This document shows positions 40,471-52,724 of a stretch of DNA of 64,000 nucleotides, one piece after another. Position 1 is the first letter of the stretch; the number at the start of each line of letters is the position of its first letter. The translations under genes and the position numbers were made by a program. A model generated the notes under the pieces. It had not been told where the DNA came from. It saw only the letters and a program-made list of their open reading frames with translations, and ran no database searches. The DNA comes from Vicugna vicugna (Eukaryota): positions 2,493,370-2,557,369 of the forward strand of contig MU057744.1 of the NCBI GenBank assembly GCA_013265495.1, read 5' to 3'.

Positions 40471-40506
40471 TCACCATCATCATCACTGTCATCATCAGCA
40501 TCAGTA
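40324..40506. repeat. Compound (CAT/CAC/CAG)n trinucleotide repeat
   Basis: About 60 CAN-type triplets, bracketed by near-identical tcactgt(t/c)atcatcagcatcag. Confidence 0.95.
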
Positions 40507-40844
40507 CTTTATAAACTAGGATGTCTAAGCCTGTAGAAAAATACTTGAGTAAATAAAAAGCAACAATCATTTTTCAAATGTAGGTACAGCGCAGTAAGTC
40601 TATGACTTTAGAGTGGACTTTTTTAAGTAGACACAAGAATGGGGCCTGTATTAATAAGTGTTTGAGTAAGATAATCTCGTTTCTGAAAAAAAATTCACTC
40701 AGAATGAAGGAAAATAAGCACATCGTTAGTAATAAGCAAGAGTAATAAATCCCAGTGTTTCCCAGGCTATGTTTTTTAACTCTATGACTCTTTACAAGAG
40801 TCATGACGACATGAATTAGCTGATCAAAATGCCTGTTCATTTTG

Positions 40845-40847
<3 letters not shown>

Positions 40848-40898
<51 letters not shown>

Positions 40899-40901
40899 TG
40901 T
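40848..40901. repeat. (TG)n microsatellite
   Basis: Directly visible run. Confidence 0.95.
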
Positions 40902-41699
40902 AAAGGGGATAGGGAGGAAAAAAGGGAGGCAGGGGAGAGAGAGGGTTAAAGAAATCAACATAAGGGAATCTTGGAGCATCTATTTCAGGAAGCTAGCACA
41001 TCCTTGTCAATGAGACTGGTTGGTACCAGCTGTTCCTTCATGTTCATGAGTGATTAACATGCCAAGGAACACACAGGGAAGAATTTTCACTTGGGCTGGA
41101 GAAATATTTTCTGCCATGAGATCTGCACAGTTTACACTATTTTATGATAAAACTTTCAGCAGAAATCTGAGGCTCTCAAAATAATCTTTAATACTTTTAC
41201 TTTGAAGATAAATTAAAATAAATTATATAAACCAAGGGGACTAGAACTTAACACTATATTTCATCTATATTTCAACACAGGAACAAGTGGAAGCTCAGAA
41301 GTATGATCATTACCATTTCGGTAGAGAAAAGAGGAACTGCTGTATTTTTATTCTTTATCAAAAAAAAGCGATTTATCAAATTCACAGACAAAACTAAAAT
41401 ATGGAATGTTAATAGCCTCCTTGATTGTGTACCATCATTAATACATACATTGATTAGAGAATTCGAACAGAACATGATTCTTATAAGATCATGCCACCTA
41501 AGTATTCCGATCACCCAGTCCAGATTGACAGCTTGCAGAGAAGGGAACGCACTGCCTCCATCCAGCGTTGCTCACATGGCACTTTAGAGCTGCTAAGAGT
41601 TCCTCAAGATAGTTGAATCCAACAGTTCTGTGTAACTAGAGACACAGACTGGCTTCCTGTGAGGATTAACCACAGCTGCCTTTCCAGTTTTACTGTTTC

Positions 41700-42920
41700 C
41701 CGTGTACTCTCTCTCTCACTGTGTTCTGGACTCCTGCCGCTCTACCAAATCCGTTTTCCAGGTCCCCAGTGAACTACTGGGTGCCATGTCCGCGTCTTGG
41801 CCACTCTTCCGTATCTGATGTCATTAACGAATTTCTGGTGAATCCCCCTCCCTGTTGGATGCTTCTTTAGTCTCTCCTACTCTGACTTAGCGCTCCTCTG
41901 TACTCAGTTTTCTTTCATCCTCCGGTCCTGCTCTCCTTTTGGGGTGTAAACGCTCCAACAACGATTCTTTTCTTCTGCTGTTTCATTTCACTGACAGTAT
42001 ACTTACTGACGACTTCGAAATCCCCATTTTCATACACAACTTATTCCTGATGTATGCAATCCTGCATAATTAACTGACCACTGGATTTTTTTTTTTTTTT
42101 TTTAGTTTATGGCCACTTGATTCGGACAGGTCTAACCTTTGTATCACCAGCTTAACTTTCTTCTTCGATGACCATCCCCATTGCTCATTCAAGTCAGAAG
42201 CCTTGTAGTTTGTCCTTAGTTCGTCCACAATTACTACTCTCATTCCAAATATCCAGCCAATTCATAAAGCATGCCAATAACCTTTCCTTAATCCTAAGGA
42301 ATCCTCTCTTCCTTGTAGCAATAGCAGTAGCACCTGTAATTATTTTTACAATTTCCTACCAAAGCTTGTTTTTCAGTCTTCCTGGATAAATTATATAAGT
42401 TCATTAATCTTTTTCCACATTTTGATAGAACGATTTTTCCAAAATGTAATCATGATGCCAGGCCTCCAAAACCTCTGCTTAAAATCCTTCTTTCCTCCCC
42501 AAAACCTTAAAGATAAAATGACAATCCTTCAGCACAATGTTCAAGAGGCTTCATGATATAATCTCTGTCTTAAACAGTCACAATTAAAGCTCCCACTGTT
42601 CACTTCACTACTGTCTAGTCATGCTGAAGTCTATTTCCTAAATAGGTTTCACTATGTGTCTTTGGATTGTTTTCATCTTTTACTTGGGAAAGTCATATTC
42701 CATCTGACATCTATTAATTATTTAGATCTCAAAATCACGTTCACCTTTGAGAAAACTTTGTGATATCCGAAATTTGGCATTAGATTCTCCTAACAAGAAG
42801 TCCCTAAAGGATTTGTTTATCTGCTAACTTTGTCTTCCCCACTAGATTAGCACACTTTGAAAGCTATGATATTATAAGCTGTACTGGATACTCATTAAAT
42901 ATTTACAGAATAAATCAATG
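41700..42920 (+). mobile_element. L2 remnant
   Basis: Pyrimidine-rich L2-like body ending tactcattaaatatttacagaataaatcaatgaa; a similar L2 remnant lies at ~47170-48230. Confidence 0.6.
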
Positions 42921-43944
42921 AAGTTCAGAGTTTCAGGTCCAGTAAGGAAGGAAAAGCGTTGGTTAAAGTTTACTTTCCCAAACCTCATCTGAGTCCGACA
43001 ACCATTCTATGAGTCAGATAGGCAACCTGTTTTATTTTGATCTTTTAGTGAAGAAACAAAACCTCAGACAGATTAGCAGTTTTCCTGAGTACACACAACT
43101 TGCAAGATACGTTCCCATTATCCTTAAGCTGAAGGGGACGGGCAGGAGGAACACAAGGGATGTAGGTACTTGCTGCCACTAAAGTTTGATTCAATTCAAG
43201 AAAACTTACTGAATGCCTATGTTTAAAACTATGTATTTTGGTGATACTTTTTTATTTTAAAATAATTTTAGATTTAAAAGAAGTTGTTAAATACTACAGA
43301 ATTCACATACTTCCCTTGCTCAGCTTCCCCTAATGTTAGCAATTTATGTAACAGAACAATTATCATCCAAAATGCTATGAACTAAGCTACAAGCCATTTT
43401 TCCCTCTTATTGTACTTTTTCTGTCCTTCTGGTCCAGGACCCAATCTAGAATTCCACATTGTGTTCCACACACTCCAGCTCTTCAGGACCTTAACAATTC
43501 TGATGAGTACTGATCAATTATTATGTGGGATGTCTGTCGATCTGAATTTGTCTAATATTGGTAATAATTTTTTTGAAATATAAAACAAGTTTGCCTCCTT
43601 TTTTAGAGGGGCCCAATGATCTCAAAAAACATTGAATGTGATAAGCACCTATTTTTCAAAATTTCCTGATTTTTACACGTTATTACCAACTATTCAAAAA
43701 ATAAGGTACAAAAGTACACTAAAAAAAGAATTTTTATTAGTTTGCATTATTAAATCTGTGAGAAAATCTACTTAGGTGTTATAAGAGATTACTTCTTATA
43801 CATTTTGAAGCTGTAGGTAATTTTTCCTTTACTACGTTTATATAGCATGCAAATTTGTTGAAAAGACTGTGACAGTCTTTTCATAACCTGTAAACAACAT
43901 AAAATACAATTAAAAATAGATTTCTAAGTTCCCCATCATAGCTT

Positions 43945-44140
43945 CTAGACCCATGAAGTTCAGTATGGTAGCCATGATATACATGTGGCTACTTAAATAT
44001 AGCTAAAAGTTTAGTTCATCATTTAAACTAGCCACTTTGCAAGGGCTCAGAGCACATGAGGCTAGTGGCTGCCACACTGGACAGCCGAGATTAGACATGC
44101 CAGTCATCACAGGACATCCCATTGAGCGAACAATCTCCAG
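43945..44140. mobile_element. MER3-like hAT DNA transposon remnant
   Basis: tcagtatggtagcca..acatgtggctactt..ctagccactttgcaagggctcagagcacatgaggctagtggctgccacactggacagc. Confidence 0.7.
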
Positions 44141-44194
44141 ATCACGGTTGTAGGAGACAGTCTTTGCATTCAGACATATTTTCTGGATTGCCTC

Positions 44195-44520
44195 TGTAGA
44201 CTGAATGCATCCCTCCATAGTTCTTATGTTGAAATCCAATTCCCAATGTGATTATATTTAAAGGTGGGACCTTTGGAAGGTGACTACACCATAAGAGTGG
44301 GCAGTGCCCTTATAAATAGCCCTTATAGAGTTCTCCAGCCCCTGCTGTCGTGGGAGGACCTAGAGAAAAGATAGGCACCTGTGACCAGGAAGCGGGCTTT
44401 GAACAGACACCAAGTGTGCTGGTACCTGGACCCTGGACCTCAAGATCTGTGAGCAATACATTTCTGTTGTTTCTAAGCTACCTGGTCTATGGCATTTTTG
44501 TTATAGCAGACCAAAAAGAA
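44195..44520 (+). mobile_element. MLT1A-like MaLR LTR
   Basis: gactgaatg..ttcttatgttgaaatcc..ggtgggacctttggaaggtga..ttgttatagcagacc. Confidence 0.75.
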
Positions 44521-47500
44521 CAGGAAAATTGTATTCCTAAGCTAGAAGACAATGCTAAATTTGGTTAATAGCCTACCATGGGTCTCTGAACTACAAATTA
44601 GTCTTTTTTGCTTTTTATCATTTATAGATATAATTTGGCCATCAATCCCTGGCTTACCTTAGGCAATAATGAGAAAACACATATATGCACTTACATAGGA
44701 AGAGTGCTGTTCTATGTACTTTGCATATGGTACTTATCAAATCCTCACAACTCCATGAATTACATACTAATACATTCCCATTTCCACAGGAGGAAACTGA
44801 AGTAGGGAGCCGTCCAGAATCACACAGCTGGTGAATGAAATGCCCAAGATCTGACCTATTAGTTGACCACTTTCCTATGCTGTCCTATCAAGTGTCCCAA
44901 TTCTTTTCTTCTTCTTTTTTTCACTAAGTTGGACAATTATTTCAAATTTCTGTATATCTTCTGGAAAATTCCTAACACAAACATCAGAAATAATATATTT
45001 GATGTACCACGGAGGATGAAATAATCAACAAAAATCAAAATTGCCAGTTATCCTAGATTTTCTAAGGAATATTTTTAAAGTTTAATATTATAATAGAAAT
45101 GTTTACTTTAGCAGAATTTGAGAAGGTTCAGAGAAATTAAGTTTTCAGCTAGTAGTAAGGTTATCTAGGTAAGTGCTGAAGGCTACTTTAAAAGAGTTTG
45201 CATGAGAAGTAAAAAATACATGATATTGTTCTGACTGAAAGAGAACTACAGAAAGAGGCTTCATCCTAAAGCCCACCAAATAAGATAGTAATGTATTAGA
45301 TTTTTTCTTTTATTGTTATTTTTTCTTAATGAAAATGCATTCTCATCCTTAGGTATTGATTTGATCTTAGTATCACCCAAAATTAAGAGGACAATCAGCT
45401 CACTTATTTAAACAGATTCCAACTAGATCTTGGAGAAAAAAATGTCACTGATACATTTGCAATGACAGTTTAATGAAAGCAATGTAGAAATCTGTGAATT
45501 GGAAAATAATAACTAACATTAGTAATCATTCACATCACTGCACAGGATAAGACAAAACTATAAATTAATAGAGTATTTAAACATCCCCACCCCAACATTA
45601 TTTTCATTTCATTAAAGCTGTAGATCTTTCAAATGCTCAGCATTATTTCACCTGCACGTCTATGTGCTGCTCTTATATAAGATATTTAAACAAATCATTA
45701 AGAGTCTGTATGCAGAAATGGTAATTTCATCGGTTCTGGTGGGCTTTTCTAAATTCACTATTCTCTACCTCCAGGTGAGCAGGATAACATTTTCCCTGTT
45801 TCTTGTGTTCTGCACTTACTTGGTTAATTTCCTCCTCTAAGCTAGTGATTTATTTTCTTCTTTCTCCAATTAACCTCCTGATAAACTGCAAGTCTCTAAT
45901 GGTTTTTATCTTTCAGCTGCTCCACTTAGCTTGCTGCTATGTACTCTGTACTCTGCTTTTTGCCAACAACGGATGGCCCTAACCCCCTCCCATCCTCTGC
46001 AGCCTCTTTAAAGTCATCCAGGAGACATAAAGTGCTTGGTCAGCCTGTTAAACCAGGACATCAATTTTTTAACGGTCAATAATGAAACAGGCTGACTCTG
46101 CAAGGAAACTCCAAGGACATGCCCTGCTAACCCCTGCCCAGCTCATCTGCATTTATTGATGAAAACACATTATCTCAGACCATCTTCCTGGTCTCCAAGT
46201 ACAATAACACTGATGTTCCAATGTTAGGTGTCAGAATTAAATGGTATATAAGCTAAAGAATAAGTAGTGATTTTATTAGCATATCATCAATGACCCCCTC
46301 CTTCAACCCTCTCATCCTACAAACATAAATAACATTGAATCATTAGTGTTCAGACTGTTGCACAAATTAATTTGTAATATAAGTTTCCATCACTGTCAAT
46401 TTTCTATTACCCTTACACTTAATTTTATTAGAATTACTGGGACAAATATATATTTGCTATTTCATAGCCTTAAAAGGTCTATAAAACTAGATTATAAATA
46501 GCTTCCATGATAGGCATCACTTATGAAACTGAAAATATTTCATTAATTATTTCTTAATTAAAACGATTAGGAATAACACAATCTCCAAAAATAATCTGTG
46601 GATTATACAATTATAAACACATAATCAGGCCAATGTCAGGTTCAGATCGATATCCTTATACTACGGATGGTCCTTATAGTCCATCCATAGTCTGCAGTGT
46701 TCCAACCCCTTACAAAACACTTTTTTAAATCCAGGAACTGTGATATTTCTTTTACTTGTTTAGTTGTGAATTAAAAGACTGACATTCTTTCCCTCTTCAT
46801 TCTCAATGAATGTTAATGGCTTTAATTCAAGTTTTCAAATCATTAAATTTTCATTTTCAAACTTTCTTCCTTTTCTTATGCATTTATCTTAGTCAGTACT
46901 GTAGTCTGACTACATGTGTCTACTTTGGAATATATTGAAACTGTCATTCTTGGATTTTATCAAGAAGGATATTACGAGTAACAGTCTTCTTTCCTTGGTT
47001 TCTGCACCCCGTGCTCCCTTTGAGTGACACAAGCAGCACATTATTTTGCAGAGAAAAGCAAGAAAATAAAATGTGCATGGAGGAAAAGCAGCAATACACA
47101 ATACTCACTCACGGGGTACAAGAACTGGCCCCACTAAACTGGTTGCTTTCCACATGGGATGATTTCTCCACAAAGTACTTCCTCCTTTGACTTCCAAGAC
47201 AATGCACTCTCCAGCTTTCAAATTTCTTCCATTTAGTCTCACTGTTTCTCCCTCTTCCCATCTACCCTTTAAAAGTGTGTTTCAGGACTACAGCACAGCA
47301 CCCTCAGTCTGTCTGCTGCCCACACTCTCCCGGGACGTCCCTGGCTCATCCTTCCTATACCTCCGAAAACCATCCCCACATTAACGGCTCTTACACTGCT
47401 ATTTCCTGACAGCGCTCACCCCCAGCCTTCGCACCAAACACCTCTTTGCCCACATTCCCTTGCCCCTCCCAGCTCCTCAGGTCCACAACTGAGCTCCGAG

Positions 47501-49189
47501 ATGTGGAATCTTAACACTGTCCATGCTCACAAGAAGTGGTACAATCTTTTCATCAAGCCAGGAACCCGAAGATCATCCTTAAAACCTCAAATCCATTCCA
47601 TCTCCTTTATAACCAATATGTTTCCAAATAGCTCACATTTCTAATGTGATCTCTTCTTGGCCATCTTGTCCCATCACTGTCGCCATCGCCCTTGTTCAAG
47701 TCTGGCTAACATGTATACAGTATAGCATTGTTCTTAACACTTTAAATGTACTGGACCATGTAAATCTCTTTTCTTACACATTAGGTATGATTATTAACCC
47801 TGTTTTATGGTCTATTATTATTTATTGAGCTTGAACCAAATAGTTGTTTTGATCTACAGGAATTAGCAGTTTAGTATAGTTCAATCTAATTGTTCAGCTG
47901 TCTTCAGGATGCATCACCTGCATCATTCTCTCTTGTTACTTTCTCAACATTAGCCATACTATAAAATTTTAATACCATTTTCTCTTGATTGCTGGCTTTT
48001 GCCTATGAAGGTTTCTCTACTTGGTATATCATCTCCTTTCCTCATTTGTCTGTTTGACTCTTTTATTCTTATTTTTATTGAATTATCACTTCTTTAGCAT
48101 TATCTTCTCTACTATAACTCCCTTGAAGGCAAGAACCACATGTGACTTAATCATATCGAAATCTCTGGTTTTAACTCTATGACTGGCACATTAGAGACAA
48201 TCAAAAACATAAGTATTGATAGAACTATTGAGATATTTCTTGTTAGTTTATGTCTATAAATTTACATTTATTGTTTCTGACATATAAAAAAATTAATGCA
48301 ATCATATAAATTCTGAAATGGTGGCTCAGTAAGATTACATTATCTGAGCAAAATTATATACTTAATAAATACCAGACCTCAAAATCAAACTCAGGTTATC
48401 TGAGTCCAAAATTCATGAGTATTTGCCATTATTCTATATATCCAACCATGTACAGAATCTAGTCCTATTAAGTCAACTCATTTGGTTAGAAATTATCAAC
48501 AACTTAGTTAAAGTTGTGGATTTAATTTCTCTAAAGACTTCTCATAGACCATACACAACAGGGTTTTTAACAGTACCACTAAACTAAGTTGATTTTTGTC
48601 ATAGGATGGATCACATGAAATAACAGAAATTATTCACTAATGAGAAATGTACTAAGCATAGTAAGTCACCTGGGAGCTGCATCAGATGCCATATCAGAAG
48701 AATAGTACATTAAGAATTTGTCTCAGTATGATATTGTTTTCTATTTATAGCACCTTAATTTTATTTTTTCAAAGCATGCACATGTGTGCACTGTAAAACT
48801 AGAGGAATATTCAAAAAGAAATATTCTAGTGAAAAAAGTATTTAAAATACATGATCATTCTTAGTTTTTAATATCCAAATATATTTTAAGCTTGGGACAG
48901 TATAAAAATCAGATAATATCAGTGCCAGGATACTACAATTATAATTCCTATAGAATAATTATTTTACTCATAACTGTTAAAGCGTAAGTAAATCTGTGTT
49001 TTCTTGTTACTTTATTTCTTTTTCTTGCAAATGTGTGTCATTTTTAACTATCTGTTTTATTTTTATTTTCATGACATACATAAACATATACACAGATGTG
49101 AGCAGTATGAGCCATTTGAGAAATGCAAATTCAAACTAGAATGAATAACCACTATACATATATTAGAATATATAACATTTTAAAAAGAC

Positions 49190-49513
49190 CATTAAATATT
49201 AATAAACAGAAACCTCAATTAAATAGAGTCTGGACACCAGAAGCAGCAGGCTCTCACGCCCTAGGAGATAGCAGAGCCCGACAGGAAGAAGAAAGACGCC
49301 TCTTTTTTCCTGGCAAGGACGCAGCCAACAAAAAGCCATGCACCCTTTGTTTACTCAGCTCTCCGACTTCCCTTCTGTCTCCCTAAAAGAATTCACCTTC
49401 CTTTGCTGTGAGGGGACTTGCACAGGACTTCCAGGGTTGCAGGTCTCTGCTGATCCTGAATAGACCCATCTTGCTGGAGACATATCCAGCAGTCTGTTTG
49501 TTTTAGGTCAACA
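49190..49513 (+). mobile_element. Short ERV1-type solo LTR nested in an old L1
   Basis: 4-bp TSD agac (49186-49189 / 49514-49517); ends ..ttttaggtcaaca; L1 sequence resumes on both sides. Confidence 0.7.
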
Positions 49514-52353
49514 AGACTAACTACACCAAATATGATAAGTATTTGAGACAACTCGATTTCTCCTACACTTCTGGAATATAAAAGGTCAACTCTGGAGAGC
49601 AGTTTGGAACTCTGTATCTTCCATGTGGTCTAGCCATTCTACTACTGTGTATTTGCCCAGGAGAAAGACCAGGTCTTTACCAAGACTGTATACACATGTT
49701 CACAGCAACACTATTCTATTAGCCAAAAGCTGAAAACAATCCAAATGCCCAGCAACAGGTAAATGGTAAACAAACTGTCACATATCTATACAATGAGACA
49801 GCACTCAGCAATAAAAAGAATAAACTATTTATAAAGACAGCAATATGGATGAATCTTAATTATGCTGAGCAAAATAAGTCAGACGAAAAATAGTGAGTAA
49901 TGTATGTCTGCTGATATAATGCTCTAGAAAATGTTAACTAATTGGGGGTGACAGAAAGCAGCCTGGTTGTAAGGAGGGACTAGGGGATGAGTATGGAGCA
50001 GTTACAAAGGGCAAGGGGGAACTTTTGGTAATAATTTGTTAACTTCCTTCATTGTGGCAATGATCTCACAGAGACATGTCAAAAGGCATCAAACTGTCTA
50101 ATTTAAATATGTACAGTTTGTTTTAGTCAATTATATCTTATTAAAGCTGTTTTAAAAAGATAAAAATTTGTTTTAATCAAAACAGAAGTTAAAAAATAAC
50201 ATTTGGAGGGCTTAATATGGTGGTTCTTGAAGATACTAGCAAGAAAAAACGACATGTAAAGAAATCAGCAAAAATGTCATTATTCTTAGCTAACACAATT
50301 ATATATGTAGGGCACACTATAAAATCTATAAAAACCTATCGTTATTATTAAATTATATATCAAGGTCAATGTAAAATGAATTTTATATCTCTACAGTGGT
50401 AAGAAACAATTTGAAATTAAATTTAAAATTAAATGAATTTTAAAATAATCAGATATATCCCATCAAGTACCTATGGGTAAACTTCACAAAAGATATACTA
50501 TGAGACGCTGCTGAGGAAAAATTAAAGGAAACCTGAATAAATAGAAACATACACAATGTTCATGGAAGTCATCTACAGATTCAATGCAATTTCAATTAAA
50601 ATCCTACAGGTGTTTAAAAATATATTAGCAAGTTGTTTCTCAAATTAATATTGAAATGTAAAGGATCTAGAGTCTCCAAAAAAGAAAAAAGCTTAAGACT
50701 AAAAACAAAGTTGTAGGACTCTTAGTATCTGAATTCAAGACCTACTATAAAGCTTCAATGATCAGTTGCAGCATTGGCTAGCTAAGCAAACCACTGGAAC
50801 AGAATCAAGCATCTAGGAACAGAATCACACTTATACACTTAATTAATCTTCAGTTTTTAAGAAAAACATAAGATGGTACCTTTGCAAACTGGGTACAAAG
50901 ATTTTGCAGTATAAGACATAAAAATCCCTAATTAAAAAGGAGAAAAATGATCAGGCTTCATGAGAAGTAAAATTTTCTGCTTATCAAAATTATAATTAAG
51001 AAAATGAATCAGTAGACCAAAGCCAGGAAAAAGCCTAATATTTATAAAACGTGAAGAAATACTAAACTATTAAAAGAAAACAACTAAAATGGGTTAAGAA
51101 CACAAACTGACAAAAAGAAATGTAAGTGAATAACAAATAAGTACAGAAATATTTTTAACTTCATCACTTATCATGGAAATGCAAATTAAAACAATATTAA
51201 AACACCTTCTAACACCCAGTAAAGGGACTTAAATCACAACAACTGAAAATACAAAATGTTGATGAGGATGTGGAGTAACTTGAATGTTCATTCATTGCTA
51301 GTAAGAAAAAAATTTATAACCACTTTGAAACACTCTGGCAGTTTCTTTTAAATTTAAATATACATATATCTTATTATCCAGTAGTTCTACGTCTAGGTAT
51401 TTTCCCAAGAAAAATAGAAACGTATGTCCCCAAAATTCTTCTACAGGCATCTTCCTAGGAGCCTTATCTAGTTATCAAAAACTGGAACCAAGCCAAATGC
51501 CCTTCAAGAAGGGGATGTTTTTAAACAATTGCAGTATATTCACCAAATGAACTACTATTCACCAGTAAAGAGAAAAAATCTGCTGCATGGGAAATACATG
51601 AATGAGTCACAAAAATATCAGGTTGAGTAACAGAGGTATAAGAATTCACTACGATTCTATTTATACAAAGTTCTGGAACAAACAAAACCTAGTTATGGTG
51701 ATTGAAACCAAGACAATGGTTACTCGTGGGGCGATGAGGCGTAAGAGAACTTTCTGGTGCAACTGAAATGTCCTATTTTTTCTTTAGTAGTTGTTTCATG
51801 GGTATATACAATTTTCCAAAACAAATCAAAATAAAACTTTATATATCTATGGGGTGGGGGTGGAAAGCCCCTGAGTCTGTATAGTAATACACTGCTAAAC
51901 ATAAATGCGAGAGCCTTAACAAAATATTAGAATGCAACAAAACATACAGAGTAAATACAACATGACCAGACTGGGTTTAAGATGGAAAGGTGAATTAAGA
52001 GAAAAAAAGAGGTAAAACCATATGCTTGTATCAATAGTTGAAAAAATAATTTGATGGGATTCAATACCCATCAATGAATACTCTTGGTAGTCTTAATGAT
52101 GAACTTCTGAAAGCTTTCCTCTAAGATACTACAAGTTAAGGATGCCTCCTCTGAACCCTGCTCTTCAGCATCATACTTAAGATCCTAACCAGTACAACAA
52201 ATCAGAAAAATAAATAACAATCATATCAATTGAAAAGGAAGAAGCAAGACAGTTATTTGTAGACGACCCCACCAGATACGTTGATTATTCTAAGGGATCT
52301 ATAAAATGCTACTACTAGTAATAATTTAGTAAGGAAATAGGATAAAAGGTTAG

Positions 52354-52724
52354 TTTGGTGTTGTTGTCTACTTTTATTTGCATTTATTTTATGCTGAATT
52401 TATTCACGGGCCATAAGTTTTCATTTCTTCAGTTTCTTCCGGGATAGCTTTCTTCTGTGCAACCTCCTCTTTTGGTTTAGGAACAGTCTGCTCTTTTTTG
52501 CTGTGGATCACCTCCACGTGGCAGGGGAAGCTCATTATGGTTTCACCCAAACATGAGCTGTACAAGTTCTGTGTCTTGTGCTTTTCTCACTTGGGTGTGC
52601 TCAATGATCAGGGAATTTACATGTAAACCCCTAGGTTAAGCATTACTCTCTGCACTTTTATGCATCTGCAGCAAACATTCAGCACCCTTTTTGGGTCACT
52701 GAGCCTGCGTTCAGCCCCACTGCC
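52354..52724 (-). pseudogene. RPL17: 5'-truncated processed pseudogene of ribosomal protein L17
   Basis: Minus strand reads [77 protein letters not shown], followed by AATAAA-containing 3' UTR and a degenerate A-tail; no introns. Confidence 0.93.

Larger units (their letters stand above)
39163..41501 (+). pseudogene. Helical repeat unit 6: exons 39163-~39594 and 41281-~41501
   Basis: PKTNLL*YTITVFKQM..EW..CQFFQTH..EDF..KWHQEFKRK; LKYGMLIASLIVYHH / VPSLIHTL. Strong acceptors (ttttttccctcctgtttag; tatttcaacacag). Confidence 0.6.
43607..45168 (+). pseudogene. Winged-helix-like module: exons 43607-43705, 43776-43816 and 44929-45168
   Basis: GPNDLKKH; VIRDYFLYILKL*|; KFLTQTSEII..HGG*..IASYPRF..IIIEMFTL, versus TTC3 'VPDHLRQD; LYDYFSQFLEEHG; FFPEETRQILEKAGGLKPFLLGCPRFVVIDNCIAL'. 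Donors gtacaa, gtaatt, gtaagt. Confidence 0.65.

Noticed and set aside
40260..40570. Low-complexity ORFs (poly-I/S/T; poly-M/L/V) across the triplet repeat
   Set aside because: Artefacts of a CAN microsatellite; the His/Gln frame contains a stop.
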